A stretch of DNA of 64,000 nucleotides from positions 1,760,001 through 1,824,000 of the forward strand of contig OY764216.1 of assembly GCA_963668315.1 (NCBI GenBank). Direction: 5' to 3'. The DNA comes from Spirochaetia bacterium (GTDB lineage: Bacteria; Spirochaetota; Spirochaetia; DSM-2461). The notes below the pieces were generated by a model. That model was not told the origin of the DNA. It searched no databases and was given only the letters and a program-made list of their open reading frames with translations. Positions 1-9,322 of the stretch are shown here, one piece after another; the stretch's first letter is position 1; each line of letters opens with the position of its first letter. The position numbers were made by a program, and so were the translations under genes.

Positions 1-498
1 GCACAGAGCTCCTTTATTGCCCGTCCGATCAATTCCTTTGTTAAAGGCTGAAGCCGTGATGAATCGAAGATGCAGCTTTTTGAGGATTATGCCGCGGGTT
101 TCCATCGCTTTAAGAAGTGTTTCCCTGTCACGGTCGATATCTTCCCTGCTGCAGGCCATGGGAAGGGCAAGCTCCTCGGGATGGGCAAACCAGGGAGAGC
201 CGGAAAGATCGTCACCGGTCAGATTCTTCAGAAACTCGCCGAAATGGGGGGGAATCCCATACAGGATCGAGTAGAACGTCAGAACGCTCTTTTCCAGTAA
301 AAGAGGACCCCGTGACGGTGTGTAGAGCTTTTTACTGTCCCCCACGGCGATTTTTCCCTTCTGGGGCGTCTGCCCGACCGCATCATCCAGAAGATCATAA
401 AGACTCTCCTCCCCGCTGAGGAAAAAACTGGTCATCCCGGCGCAGTAAGGCCCCAGAACAGGGCCTAGTCCGGCCTCATCGATTCCGGCCCTTATCAT
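1..498 (-). CDS. RNase HII-like protein (3' end runs off window)
   Basis: Not in ORF track. Manual translation from ATG at 498: MIRAGIDEAGLGPVLGPYCAG...KIAVGDSKKLY. GxDEAGxGP and DSKKL are RNase HII signatures. No stop before position 1. Confidence 0.8.
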   Translation of the reverse strand, partial: MIRAGIDEAGLGPVLGPYCAGMTSFFLSGEESLYDLLDDAVGQTPQKGKIAVGDSKKLYTPSRGPLLLEKSVLTFYSILYGIPPHFGEFLKNLTGDDLSGSPWFAHPEELALPMACSREDIDRDRETLLKAMETRGIILKKLHLRFITASAFNKGIDRTGNKGALC

Positions 499-499
499 C

Positions 500-2107
500 T
501 CATATCCTGAAAAAGTGTGAGCTTTCCCGGAACATCTTAAGAATCAGTTCCTGGCTTTTCAGAGAAGTCGTTTCGCTGGGGCTGAAGCCCCGTCCTCCCG
601 ACAGCGTCCCCTCTTTGATGGAGACGATACGGGTTTTGCTGTCCAGGTTCAGGATAGCCACCATTTTCTGCCTGTTCAGGAGAAGAAGCACGTTCTGTTT
701 CAGGCCTATTTCTGAAATATCCAGAGGAAGAAGGGGTGTTTTTTTCTTTTCAGACGCCCTCTTCCAGGCTTCGATAAGCTCATCGTCCAGATCCTCCGTT
801 TTATCAGCCAGAAGGGCCGGACCGTTAAGAAGGTTCTGGGTATGGTGATAAATCTTTCTCCTGCGCTCTTCCCGTCCGGCATTCCGTCCTGCGGGAGCAA
901 ACCTGAGGCATCCCAGAGAGAGGAGGGGGGGATTTTTCAGGCAGACAGCCAGATTGAGAAGACCCGAATATCCCTTCCAGCTTTGATTCAGGTCGGCAAA
1001 GACCACGTCAAAGTGCTCCAGCTGGGAGACCAGGGGCAATCCGGACTGGGAAAAGCGGACTCCCTGTTTACTGAAGGGTTTGATGATATCAATAAGCATT
1101 TGAAGCCGCTGCTGGGGAGTTACGCCCGGATCGAACCAATCTCCCGTAGAGAACAGCAGTTCCAGGTGGTCAAGATGGATAACGCGGAATCCCCGGGATA
1201 CATGATAGTTCAGAGCCCTGTCTATATGGTCACGGACTTCCGGTCTGGTAATGTCCAGGGGGAAAAGCGGCTGGGAACCGCGGCTGTCCCGGTATTTCAG
1301 GGGCTTTCCCTTTCCTATGAGAAGGTGATGGCCGGTCTTATAGAAAGCCGAATTCCTGGCGCATGTCAGGGGAGACAGACGGATTCCCGCGCGGGCGCCC
1401 AGAGGTCTGACCGCATCGGCCATCTCCGTCATGCGGTCGCCAATCCAGGATGCCGGTTTGTCCCAATCACCCCAGGCTGATGCCGCTCCGTAGTCGAACA
1501 GATAGAAATCAAAGGTGCATTTCTTTTCTGAGAGCCTTTTCACATCCTGACGGATTAGCTCGAGGGAGGGACGGGGACCGGGCGTGAAAAAACGGCCGTT
1601 ACCCTGGTTTTCCGCCGACGGTTCCTTCAAGCCGTACCGCGCCGGCTCGATTTTATTATCCTGGATACTCATATGGAGTTCTTTGAGAACCAGATCCTCC
1701 CCGGCCTTGATTCTGCTGTCAAGAAGCCAGGTGATTTTTGCCGTCTTTCCTTTGCCGCACAGCTCTATATGCAAAAGACCCTGATCTTTGGAGCCCATAT
1801 AAATCTGCATAATTTCCTGTTTGGCGTTATTCAGAAAAAAGCTGGAATAACCGCTCTTTTCCTCTTTTTTGATAAGGGGATGCCAGCTTTCGGAAAGAGG
1901 TATCCAGAGACTCAGGGAACGTATGATCCCATCACTGTCGGCCTGAATAACCGGCTGTAAGGCATATCCGCTTTTTATCAGTTTGATGCTGAAACCTTCC
2001 AGAGAGATCTTTTCTCTCTGCGGTCCTTTTTTTAACGATAGAGATTTATTCTCGCTTAACGTCTGCAGCTGCAGCCTAAAGGGATAGCTTATTTGTAAAC
2101 TGCTCAT
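500..2107 (-). CDS. Divergent GH36/alpha-galactosidase-like TIM-barrel protein
   Basis: FDFYLFDYG...WGDW, GIRLSP, LDITRPEV and GFRVIHLDHL resemble GH36 motifs (IDDGW, GxWxAP, LDxTxPEV, GFDYxKxDF) but are degenerate. Confidence 0.55.
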   Translation of the reverse strand: MSSLQISYPFRLQLQTLSENKSLSLKKGPQREKISLEGFSIKLIKSGYALQPVIQADSDGIIRSLSLWIPLSESWHPLIKKEEKSGYSSFFLNNAKQEIMQIYMGSKDQGLLHIELCGKGKTAKITWLLDSRIKAGEDLVLKELHMSIQDNKIEPARYGLKEPSAENQGNGRFFTPGPRPSLELIRQDVKRLSEKKCTFDFYLFDYGAASAWGDWDKPASWIGDRMTEMADAVRPLGARAGIRLSPLTCARNSAFYKTGHHLLIGKGKPLKYRDSRGSQPLFPLDITRPEVRDHIDRALNYHVSRGFRVIHLDHLELLFSTGDWFDPGVTPQQRLQMLIDIIKPFSKQGVRFSQSGLPLVSQLEHFDVVFADLNQSWKGYSGLLNLAVCLKNPPLLSLGCLRFAPAGRNAGREERRRKIYHHTQNLLNGPALLADKTEDLDDELIEAWKRASEKKKTPLLPLDISEIGLKQNVLLLLNRQKMVAILNLDSKTRIVSIKEGTLSGGRGFSPSETTSLKSQELILKMFRESSHFFRI

Positions 2108-2220
2108 TAATCTTATAATAGTGCAATTATGAGGAAATGAAAATATTAAACCCTGCGAGGGTTGATTTTTTTTCCCGAAAGCGTGAATAATTTTATTTCA
2201 GCGACTTTGGGGAGGGAAAA

Positions 2221-2994
2221 ATGGTTTCCTGGGATGTATTTGCCTGTATTATAATCAGCCTCGTGCTTATGCTGGTTCCCGTTCCGCTCATATTCATTAT
2301 GTTATGGCGGAAGAAAGGGTTGCCCGTTAACAGTTTTTTTTCCGGTGCGGCGGTATTTGTCGTCTTCTATCTTGTAATCAGATTTTATCTGACCAATTCT
2401 CTGGGAGATTCGTCGCTTCTCTCCCTTTTCCTCTCAGCCCTGGTGGTGGAAGGGGGGCGGTTTATCGGACTGGCGATTCTGCCCGGCAGGGAGGGGCGGA
2501 ATAACTATTCTCTGAAAACGGGGCTGTCCCTGGCATTAGGGTATATTACAGCGGCCTTCCTGCTTATCAATGCCTTTGAGATGGCCATGAATCTGGTTTA
2601 TGCCGGAGCGCTTCAGGGATGGGGCATTCTCTCCGATTTTCTTAACCGCTTTCCCCGTGAAAGCGTGGACCGGGTACAGCTTATGATCAGTTCCACTCCT
2701 TCCTATACCTACCTGCTGGAACTGCTCTCCCTCTATCTGGCCGTGCCTGTACAGCTCCTTTTAACCCTTCTGGTATTTCAGTTTTACCGCAGCGGGGGGA
2801 GCGGCCCCTCCCGTATCGTATGGCTAGTCGGAGCGGTTCTCCTGAACTTTTTCTATTTTCAGGTCGGTTCGTTCGCAGCGGAACCGGGATGGTTAACGCA
2901 CATTATCTTCCTTTTGCTGATGGGAGTTCTCTCCTTCTGGACTGTTATGAGAGTGTGGAAGGGGGAGTTCATTGATACTTTCGGCACTTCTTAA
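2221..2994 (+). CDS. YhfC/PrsW-like intramembrane protein
   Basis: Multi-TM protein with GAAVF and VEGGRF segments resembling YhfC. SD GGGAGG upstream. Confidence 0.55.
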   Translation: MVSWDVFACIIISLVLMLVPVPLIFIMLWRKKGLPVNSFFSGAAVFVVFYLVIRFYLTNSLGDSSLLSLFLSALVVEGGRFIGLAILPGREGRNNYSLKTGLSLALGYITAAFLLINAFEMAMNLVYAGALQGWGILSDFLNRFPRESVDRVQLMISSTPSYTYLLELLSLYLAVPVQLLLTLLVFQFYRSGGSGPSRIVWLVGAVLLNFFYFQVGSFAAEPGWLTHIIFLLLMGVLSFWTVMRVWKGEFIDTFGTS

Positions 2995-3889
2995 GATCTG
3001 CCTGCCCATCCTTCTGGGCTATTTTCTCAAGACCGTAGGGTACTTTCCCGAGAAACATACGGCTTCGGTACAGCTGTTCTGCGTCCGGGTGGCAACACCC
3101 GCCGTCGCATTTGCGAATCTGTTCACGGCGGATATGTCCACGGTTCAGCAGTTTCTTCCCGTCTCTCTATCGGTCTTTCTTTTCACGGGTATCGCCTGGG
3201 CTATCTCTCTGGGAGGTACGGCTCTTTTCAAGGTGAGGAGACACCGTCCCGAAATCATTCTGATCATCATATTCAGCAATGTGGGTTATATCGGCTGGGC
3301 CATTCTGGATACGGTTCTGGGGGATGCCGGACTGAGAAGGGGGATATTCATCTCTTCTTTCTGGTGGCCCAATATGTACCTTTACAGTATCCTTACCATA
3401 ATTGCCTGCGGAGGTAAGGGCGGTTTTAACGGGGAGGGGCGTAATATCGCCATGAATATGGTTCCCGCCCTGTCCGCCGTCTTTCTGGGATTGGTCATGA
3501 ATGTGGCCGGACTCTCCCTCCCCGAGGATATCATGGATTTCCTGAATTCCTACGGAAACATGACGGTTCCCCTCATCCTTTTTACCGTGGGCATGTCTAT
3601 TTCCCTTAAGGACAGCCTGGCCGATATAAGAAGACTGCTTCCTCTGACCTTCATAAGAACGGCCGTTTCCATCATGGCCATCTCCCTGACGGTACTCATG
3701 CTGCCTATGCTGGATGATATAAGCCGTAAAAGTCTCTTCATTGAAACGATAATGCCCGCCGGTGCCGGGATTCTGGTCATGGGGCATGTCTTCGGCCTGG
3801 ATAATCGTTTCATCTCTTCGGCCATCGCCCTGAGCACTCTGGTCTCCTTTATCACCATTCCTGTGGTAGTGGGGCTTTTCGCCGGGTAA
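2972..3889 (+). CDS. AEC (auxin efflux carrier) family transporter
   Basis: ILLGY, P..AF, FSNVGYIG, PLILFTVG, MP and STLVSFITIP motifs. About 10 TM segments. Confidence 0.85.
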   Translation: MILSALLKICLPILLGYFLKTVGYFPEKHTASVQLFCVRVATPAVAFANLFTADMSTVQQFLPVSLSVFLFTGIAWAISLGGTALFKVRRHRPEIILIIIFSNVGYIGWAILDTVLGDAGLRRGIFISSFWWPNMYLYSILTIIACGGKGGFNGEGRNIAMNMVPALSAVFLGLVMNVAGLSLPEDIMDFLNSYGNMTVPLILFTVGMSISLKDSLADIRRLLPLTFIRTAVSIMAISLTVLMLPMLDDISRKSLFIETIMPAGAGILVMGHVFGLDNRFISSAIALSTLVSFITIPVVVGLFAG

Positions 3890-4063
3890 TTCCCTCTGAG
3901 AGGGAATCTTTCTGTCCGGGGAGGGAATATCCGCATTTTGCCGCCCTCCAGGGGAAAGGATGAAAAAAAAAGAAACTTTTTTTTGAAAGAGGGGTTGCCA
4001 AAAAAAACAGAATTTGGTATAAACATGCTCACGCAGCAAGTGCAGCTGCAAAAACTTGAATGT

Positions 4064-4136
4064 GCGAAAGTAGCTCAGTTGGTAGAGCCCCACCTTGCCA
4101 AGGTGGTTGTCGCGAGTTCGAATCTCGTCTTTCGCT
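4064..4136 (+). tRNA. tRNA-Gly (GCC)
   Basis: Acceptor stem GCGAAAG/CTTTCGC, anticodon arm CCACC-TTGCCAA-GGTGG, GTTCGAAT T-loop. CCA not encoded. TTGCCA-17-TATAAA promoter upstream. Confidence 0.97.
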
Positions 4137-4145
4137 CAATTTGTT

Positions 4146-4178
4146 AAAGCCGTTTCCCATGGGAAGCGGTTTTTTTTT
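4146..4178 (+). terminator. Intrinsic terminator after tRNA-Gly
   Basis: GCCGTTTCCC-AT-GGGAAGCGGT hairpin followed by a T-run. Confidence 0.85.
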
Positions 4179-4260
4179 GCTTCCCCCGATACCCTGTCCC
4201 CCAGTAAAACTTCTTTGACAAATGAAGAGACCGGTGATACTCTTTTGACGGGGCCCGTTA

Positions 4261-5238
4261 GTGAAATTTCTCATCAAGATTTTCCTTGTCTTTTTTTCCG
4301 TGCTGTTCATACTGCTTCTCACTCTTTCACTGAAGGCAATGGCGGGGTTTACAATCGCCGATGGGGAGCAGGACAGGTCTCCCGAATACTCCTATGCGTT
4401 TTTTCTTCCCGCCCTGGATTATCCTTTCTTCGACAGCCTTAAAAAGGGGGCTCTTGACGGAGCCGAAGATTTGAACTGCCTCATTACGTTCTATCAGATA
4501 GATACGGAACCGCTCAGTTTGAAAATGGCCCCCTATTCGGGAACCGACGGGGTCGCCCTTTATGCTACCGCCGAAAACGAGCTTCTTTCGGAGGGGGTGG
4601 ATAGGATTCTCCAGTCCGATATTCCTCTTCTCTATCTTGAGCATAAACTGTCCCATTCGGCCTCCTTTTTTATCGGAACGAACAGCTACGAAGTGGGAAA
4701 GAAGATAGGGGAGCTGGTCAGAAGCAGGGAAAGGGTGAGCCGGACCTGTGCTTTTATTTTCAGCGATAAGAGCCCGGGCCTTCTTGCCGACAGATCACTT
4801 GTGGAGATGGGGTTCAGGCAGATTATGGCCGACCGTATTCCGGAACACCTGATTTTTGAGATAACCGACAGAAATCCTCTGGATGCGGAAAGTCTGGTCT
4901 ACCGCCTTCTTCGTGAGAATCCCGAACTGGATACGCTGGTCTTTACCGATCCCAACGATACCCTGGCCGCCGTCCAGGTTCTGGTGGACCAGAATCTGGT
5001 GGGAAAGGTTGATATTGTCGGTTTCGGAGACGAGCCGGCTGTGGTGGATTATATTTCCAAGGGGGTCATACGGGGAACCGTTGTCCGGGATCCCTATCAT
5101 ATCGGATACCAGGCGGTGGAACTGCTCAAGGGGATTTCCGAGAAGGGAAACGCATCGGCCTATGTGGATATCGGCACAAGACTGATTTCCCAGGTCAATG
5201 TGGGTTTGTACGGGGAGGTACAGAGTGGGGCGGAGTAA
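4261..5238 (+). CDS. Membrane-anchored sugar-binding protein (RbsB/XylFII-like sensor accessory)
   Basis: N-terminal TM, PFFDSLKKGA, FIGTNSYEVG, IVGFG and PYHIGYQAV match the type I periplasmic binding fold. Overlaps the kinase start. Confidence 0.8.
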   Translation: MKFLIKIFLVFFSVLFILLLTLSLKAMAGFTIADGEQDRSPEYSYAFFLPALDYPFFDSLKKGALDGAEDLNCLITFYQIDTEPLSLKMAPYSGTDGVALYATAENELLSEGVDRILQSDIPLLYLEHKLSHSASFFIGTNSYEVGKKIGELVRSRERVSRTCAFIFSDKSPGLLADRSLVEMGFRQIMADRIPEHLIFEITDRNPLDAESLVYRLLRENPELDTLVFTDPNDTLAAVQVLVDQNLVGKVDIVGFGDEPAVVDYISKGVIRGTVVRDPYHIGYQAVELLKGISEKGNASAYVDIGTRLISQVNVGLYGEVQSGAE

Positions 5239-6691
5239 CTCCCTCAGAACAAGGCTGGCTCTCTTCTATATCCTGAGCATGGGGGTAACGGGTCTCTTTC
5301 TCGGAATCATCATGCTCCTCTCCCTGCAGCTTCGCCAGATGGCCGACCGCCAGTTCTCCGACGAGCAGAGGCTCAGGGACCTTCAGACACGACTTGAGAA
5401 TATTCAGGAGCCCCTTTTGGGCTTTCTTTCCAGCTGGTCTTCCTCCTCCCTGTCCGAGCTGCTTATCATGACCGAGGGGCTCAAGGGGGAAATCCCCGTG
5501 GACAAGCCTCTGACCCGTGAACCGGATGGGCAGAACCAGCGGGAGATCTATTATCTAGCCGAAGCCTATCTGAACCAGATAGACCTGATTATCGGGGAGA
5601 AGAGGGGGCGCAATATTACCGCCTATACGGTGAGCTACGAGTTCATGCAGGAGCTCTACAGCCATATCAACCACCGTATCGATAATGCCAGGCTGACCGG
5701 TTTCCGCCGGGGAATGGACAGTTTTCAGGCTTTTCTGGACCTTTTCGGGCGGATGCAGAAGTACAATCTTCTCCTTATGCTTACCGGCGCGGGCATCGCC
5801 TTTTCCCTCCTTCTCCTGACGGTGGACCGGATCACCAGCCCCATGTATGAGCTTTCCCTCATGGCGGAGCATCTTTCCCGGAATGAGTTCGATCAGCCCG
5901 ATCTTCATTTGAATACGGTGGACGAAGTAAACCGGGTGGCCGAAGCCTTCAACGATATGAAGCACAATATTCACCACTACATCGATGAGCTCAACAAGCA
6001 GCGGGAGATGGAGCTGAGGAACCTGCAGATGGAGCAGATGCTCAAGCGCATGGAGCTCTATACCATGCAGGCCCAGATGAATCCCCATTTCCTCTTCAAT
6101 ACCATCAATACCGGGGTGCAGCTCGCCATTATGGAGGAGGCGGACCGGACGGTGGATTTCATGGAGACCCTGGCCAATCTATTCAGGCACAACCTCAAGG
6201 ACAAGCAGTTCTTCGTTTCCCTGCGTCACGAAATGGACGGTCTGGCTTCCTATATCTCCATTCTGAGGATCCGCTTTTCCAAGACCAGGGACTTTGAGAT
6301 GAGTTACCCCGAGGCGATCCTGGACAGGTATAACGTTCCGGCCATGATTATTCAGCCTCTGGTGGAAAATTCCGTCGTCCATGCTTTCAAAGACCATGAA
6401 GGCCGTGCCAGGGTATCCATTACCCTGACCTTCGAAGATCCCTATCTCGTCTTCTCCGTACGGGATAACGGTTCGGGTATTCCCGAAAGGACAGTGGAAA
6501 AGCTCCTGGAGAAGCACTCTCTGGACTACAGCGTGGAGTCCAAGGTGATGGGACTGAATAACGTCATTCAGCGGCTCTATTTTTTCTACCCGCGCCAGGA
6601 GAATGTTGTGGCGATCCACTCCCGGCCCGGTGAGGGAACGGAGATTCTGATCCGCATCAATACGGAGGTCGAACCGTGTATGACGTTATGA
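5225..6691 (+). CDS. YesM/LytS-type sensor histidine kinase with HAMP domain
   Basis: Two TMs, HAMP, QAQMNPHFLFNTIN H-box, IQPLVENS, DNGSGI. GTG at 5225 follows GGAGG. Confidence 0.93.
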   Translation: MGRSNSLRTRLALFYILSMGVTGLFLGIIMLLSLQLRQMADRQFSDEQRLRDLQTRLENIQEPLLGFLSSWSSSSLSELLIMTEGLKGEIPVDKPLTREPDGQNQREIYYLAEAYLNQIDLIIGEKRGRNITAYTVSYEFMQELYSHINHRIDNARLTGFRRGMDSFQAFLDLFGRMQKYNLLLMLTGAGIAFSLLLLTVDRITSPMYELSLMAEHLSRNEFDQPDLHLNTVDEVNRVAEAFNDMKHNIHHYIDELNKQREMELRNLQMEQMLKRMELYTMQAQMNPHFLFNTINTGVQLAIMEEADRTVDFMETLANLFRHNLKDKQFFVSLRHEMDGLASYISILRIRFSKTRDFEMSYPEAILDRYNVPAMIIQPLVENSVVHAFKDHEGRARVSITLTFEDPYLVFSVRDNGSGIPERTVEKLLEKHSLDYSVESKVMGLNNVIQRLYFFYPRQENVVAIHSRPGEGTEILIRINTEVEPCMTL

Positions 6692-8142
6692 TAGTCGATG
6701 ATGAAGAGCCGGTCCTCGAGAGTTTCTCCTTCATTCTGGAGAAGGGGGTGGATTCCTTCCGGCTCTGCGGAAAGGCGCGTTCCGGGGTGGAAGCCATTCA
6801 GATGGCGGACGTCCTGAAGCCGGATGTGATATTTATGGATATCCAGATGCCCGGTATAGACGGACTGGAAGCGGTACGCCAGATAAGGGAAGAGAACAAA
6901 AGGGTGCTGATTATACTGGCTACGGCCTATGAGCGCTTTGATATCGCCCGTGAAGCCATAAGCCTGAACGTTCACAGCTATCTGGTGAAACCGGTAACCA
7001 GGAGGAAGATTACCGACGAACTTATCCGCGCCAGAGCCAGTCTGGATCAGCAGGCGGCCAGGAGGCGTATGCTGCTTCAGCAGACCCGTACATCCGAGGA
7101 GTCCGTAAGCAGGGAGGAATTGGATTTCGTCCGTTCTCTCAGCCGGCCCGCCTCGGAGGAGGAACTGCGGTTTATCAGGGAAAAATGGAATCTGGGGGCG
7201 AAGAGGGGACGAATCGTGCTCCTTCATAAAAACGGAGCGCAGTCCATGGGGGAGAAGCAGAAATGCTACTGCCTCATCAGGGAGAAGCTCCTTTTCAAAA
7301 CGCGCTGCTTCCTCTCCTACTCGGGAGACCGGGGGCTCCTGTTCTTTCCCCAGGAAAAACAGCTGTCCCCCGTTCCCGATATCATAAGAACGGTTCTCCG
7401 GGACCTCTCCTATGAGGATATCACCATGGGAGTAGGGGGAATCTACCCGATTGAGGAGAGCTACCTTTCCTATGAGGAGGCCATGGAACCCTTCGCTCTG
7501 AGGGAGGAGGATGAACGGCTTTATGAACTGGAGCAGATAGGGCGTATCCTGGAGCTGGTTGAAAGGGGAGAGAGGGAAGAGGTAAAGGAGGATCTGACTT
7601 TTTTCGCCGAAAGCGTATTCCTTTCCCGGGAGTTTCCCGTCGCCCTGGGGAAAATGACGTCCCTCTTCTCCATGATCCTCGAAAAACTGGGGTTTTACTC
7701 GACCGAGAATCAGCGGGTCCTGCCCATCTACCCCGCCGAGGAGATCATGGTGCTGAAGAGCCGGGAAGAGTGGGAAGCCTGGTTCCATCACGGAATGGAC
7801 AGGATTCTGAAAGCCATGGTACCCCTGCAGAAAAAAGAACTGCCCGCTCCACTCAGGAGGGCCATCGACTTTATTCAAGAGGAGTACGGCGGACAGATTT
7901 ATCTGGGATCCGTGGCCGAGGAGTGCGGCGTTTCCGCCAGTTATCTGAGCCGTCTTTTCTCGGAAAATCTGAAAACGCCCTTTGTGGACTATCTGAACCG
8001 GTTCCGGGTGGACAGGGCGGTGGAATATCTGAAAAAGGGGACGACGGTCAAGGAAGCGGCCTTTCGTGTCGGATTCGGCGATCCCAACTATTTCAGTAAA
8101 ATATTCAGGAAGTATAAGGGGATATCCCCTTCGGAGTTATAA
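6676..8142 (+). CDS. YesN-type response regulator (REC + AraC HTH)
   Basis: IVDDE, FMDIQMP and YLVKP receiver motifs. C-terminal SYLSRLF...VGFGDPNYFSKIFRK. Confidence 0.93.
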   Translation: MYDVMIVDDEEPVLESFSFILEKGVDSFRLCGKARSGVEAIQMADVLKPDVIFMDIQMPGIDGLEAVRQIREENKRVLIILATAYERFDIAREAISLNVHSYLVKPVTRRKITDELIRARASLDQQAARRRMLLQQTRTSEESVSREELDFVRSLSRPASEEELRFIREKWNLGAKRGRIVLLHKNGAQSMGEKQKCYCLIREKLLFKTRCFLSYSGDRGLLFFPQEKQLSPVPDIIRTVLRDLSYEDITMGVGGIYPIEESYLSYEEAMEPFALREEDERLYELEQIGRILELVERGEREEVKEDLTFFAESVFLSREFPVALGKMTSLFSMILEKLGFYSTENQRVLPIYPAEEIMVLKSREEWEAWFHHGMDRILKAMVPLQKKELPAPLRRAIDFIQEEYGGQIYLGSVAEECGVSASYLSRLFSENLKTPFVDYLNRFRVDRAVEYLKKGTTVKEAAFRVGFGDPNYFSKIFRKYKGISPSEL

Positions 8143-8143
8143 T

Positions 8144-9175
8144 ATGAAAAAAATCGGAAAGGGAAAAACTGTGCTCCTTCTGCTGATAGCGGGAATGCTG
8201 TTTTCCTGTTCAAAGCGTGCCGAAGAGGAGGGGCCGGTGCGTATCGGGTTTTCCGCCGCCACGGAGACGTTTCTCCTGGAAAGGTGGGACCGGGATATCC
8301 AGATCTTCCTCTCCTCCGCACGGGACTGGGGCGCGGAAGTTATCATGCAGAAGGCCGAGGGAGACGCCCAGGGGCAGATCCCGCAGATCGAATATCTGAT
8401 AGAGCAGGATGTGGATGTGCTGGTGGTCATTCCCCATGATATGGAGCTGCTGGCGGGGGTTCTGAAAAAAGCGGAAGACCGGGGTATTCCTGTTCTGGCC
8501 TATGACAGGCCCATTATGGGAATTCCCATCTCCGGGTATATCTCCTTCGACAACAGGGAGGTGGGCCGGCTCTTGAGCCATGCCCTGATAAGGGACGTTC
8601 CCGAGGGAAACTATCTGATCATCAACGGTTCAGTAAGGGATAATAACAGCTATGAGGTTAACAAGGGGGTGTATGAAGTCCTTAAGCCCTCCATCGATTC
8701 CGGGAAGATTCATATCACCCATGAAATCTGGCTTGATGAATGGAGCTACGATGAAGCCCTGGAAAAGATAGAAAAAGTCTTCCAGGAGACCCAGGACATT
8801 CAGGCCATATCCGCCGCCAACGACCAGATAGCCGATGCGGCCATTCGTGTCTTGTCGGAAAGGCAGATGGCGGGACAGGTGGCGGTTGTGGGACAGGATG
8901 CCGATCTTCTCTCCTGTCAGCGGGTGGTGGAAGGGACTCAGCTTATGACAGTATACAAACCGATTCCCCGTCTGGCCCAGAGGGCGGCGGTACTGGCCGT
9001 GTCCTTTGCCAAGGGTAACAGGCCCGAGCCGAATAAAACCCTTGATAACGGATCGGGGACGATGATCCCCTACTATGTGGAGACTCCCGTTGCCGTTTTC
9101 AAGGAGCAGATGGATGAAACGGTTATCAAGGACGGGTTCCATTCCCGGGAGGATGTCTACCGTACCTATAAGTAA
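8144..9175 (+). CDS. XylF-like sugar ABC substrate-binding lipoprotein
   Basis: Lipobox LFSC, ERWDRD, AYDR, SFDN, AANDQ, GQDAD, QLMTVYKP. Confidence 0.9.
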   Translation: MKKIGKGKTVLLLLIAGMLFSCSKRAEEEGPVRIGFSAATETFLLERWDRDIQIFLSSARDWGAEVIMQKAEGDAQGQIPQIEYLIEQDVDVLVVIPHDMELLAGVLKKAEDRGIPVLAYDRPIMGIPISGYISFDNREVGRLLSHALIRDVPEGNYLIINGSVRDNNSYEVNKGVYEVLKPSIDSGKIHITHEIWLDEWSYDEALEKIEKVFQETQDIQAISAANDQIADAAIRVLSERQMAGQVAVVGQDADLLSCQRVVEGTQLMTVYKPIPRLAQRAAVLAVSFAKGNRPEPNKTLDNGSGTMIPYYVETPVAVFKEQMDETVIKDGFHSREDVYRTYK

Positions 9176-9322
9176 AATCTTTACCACAAGATTTTCCCCG
9201 GGGAAGCTATTGTCTGACCAGTGCAGGTAAAAATAGGACAGAATTTAAAAAAAATCTCCTGTTTTCCTATTGGAAAACTCGGTTCATACTATTTTCATAA
9301 ACGTTCAAAAAGGAGTTTGTTT

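Noticed and set aside
4064..4260. tRNA genes as integration sites for a genomic island (also tRNA-Ala 34401-34474)
   Set aside because: No integrase, no duplicated tRNA 3' end seen and no compositional break in the flanks.
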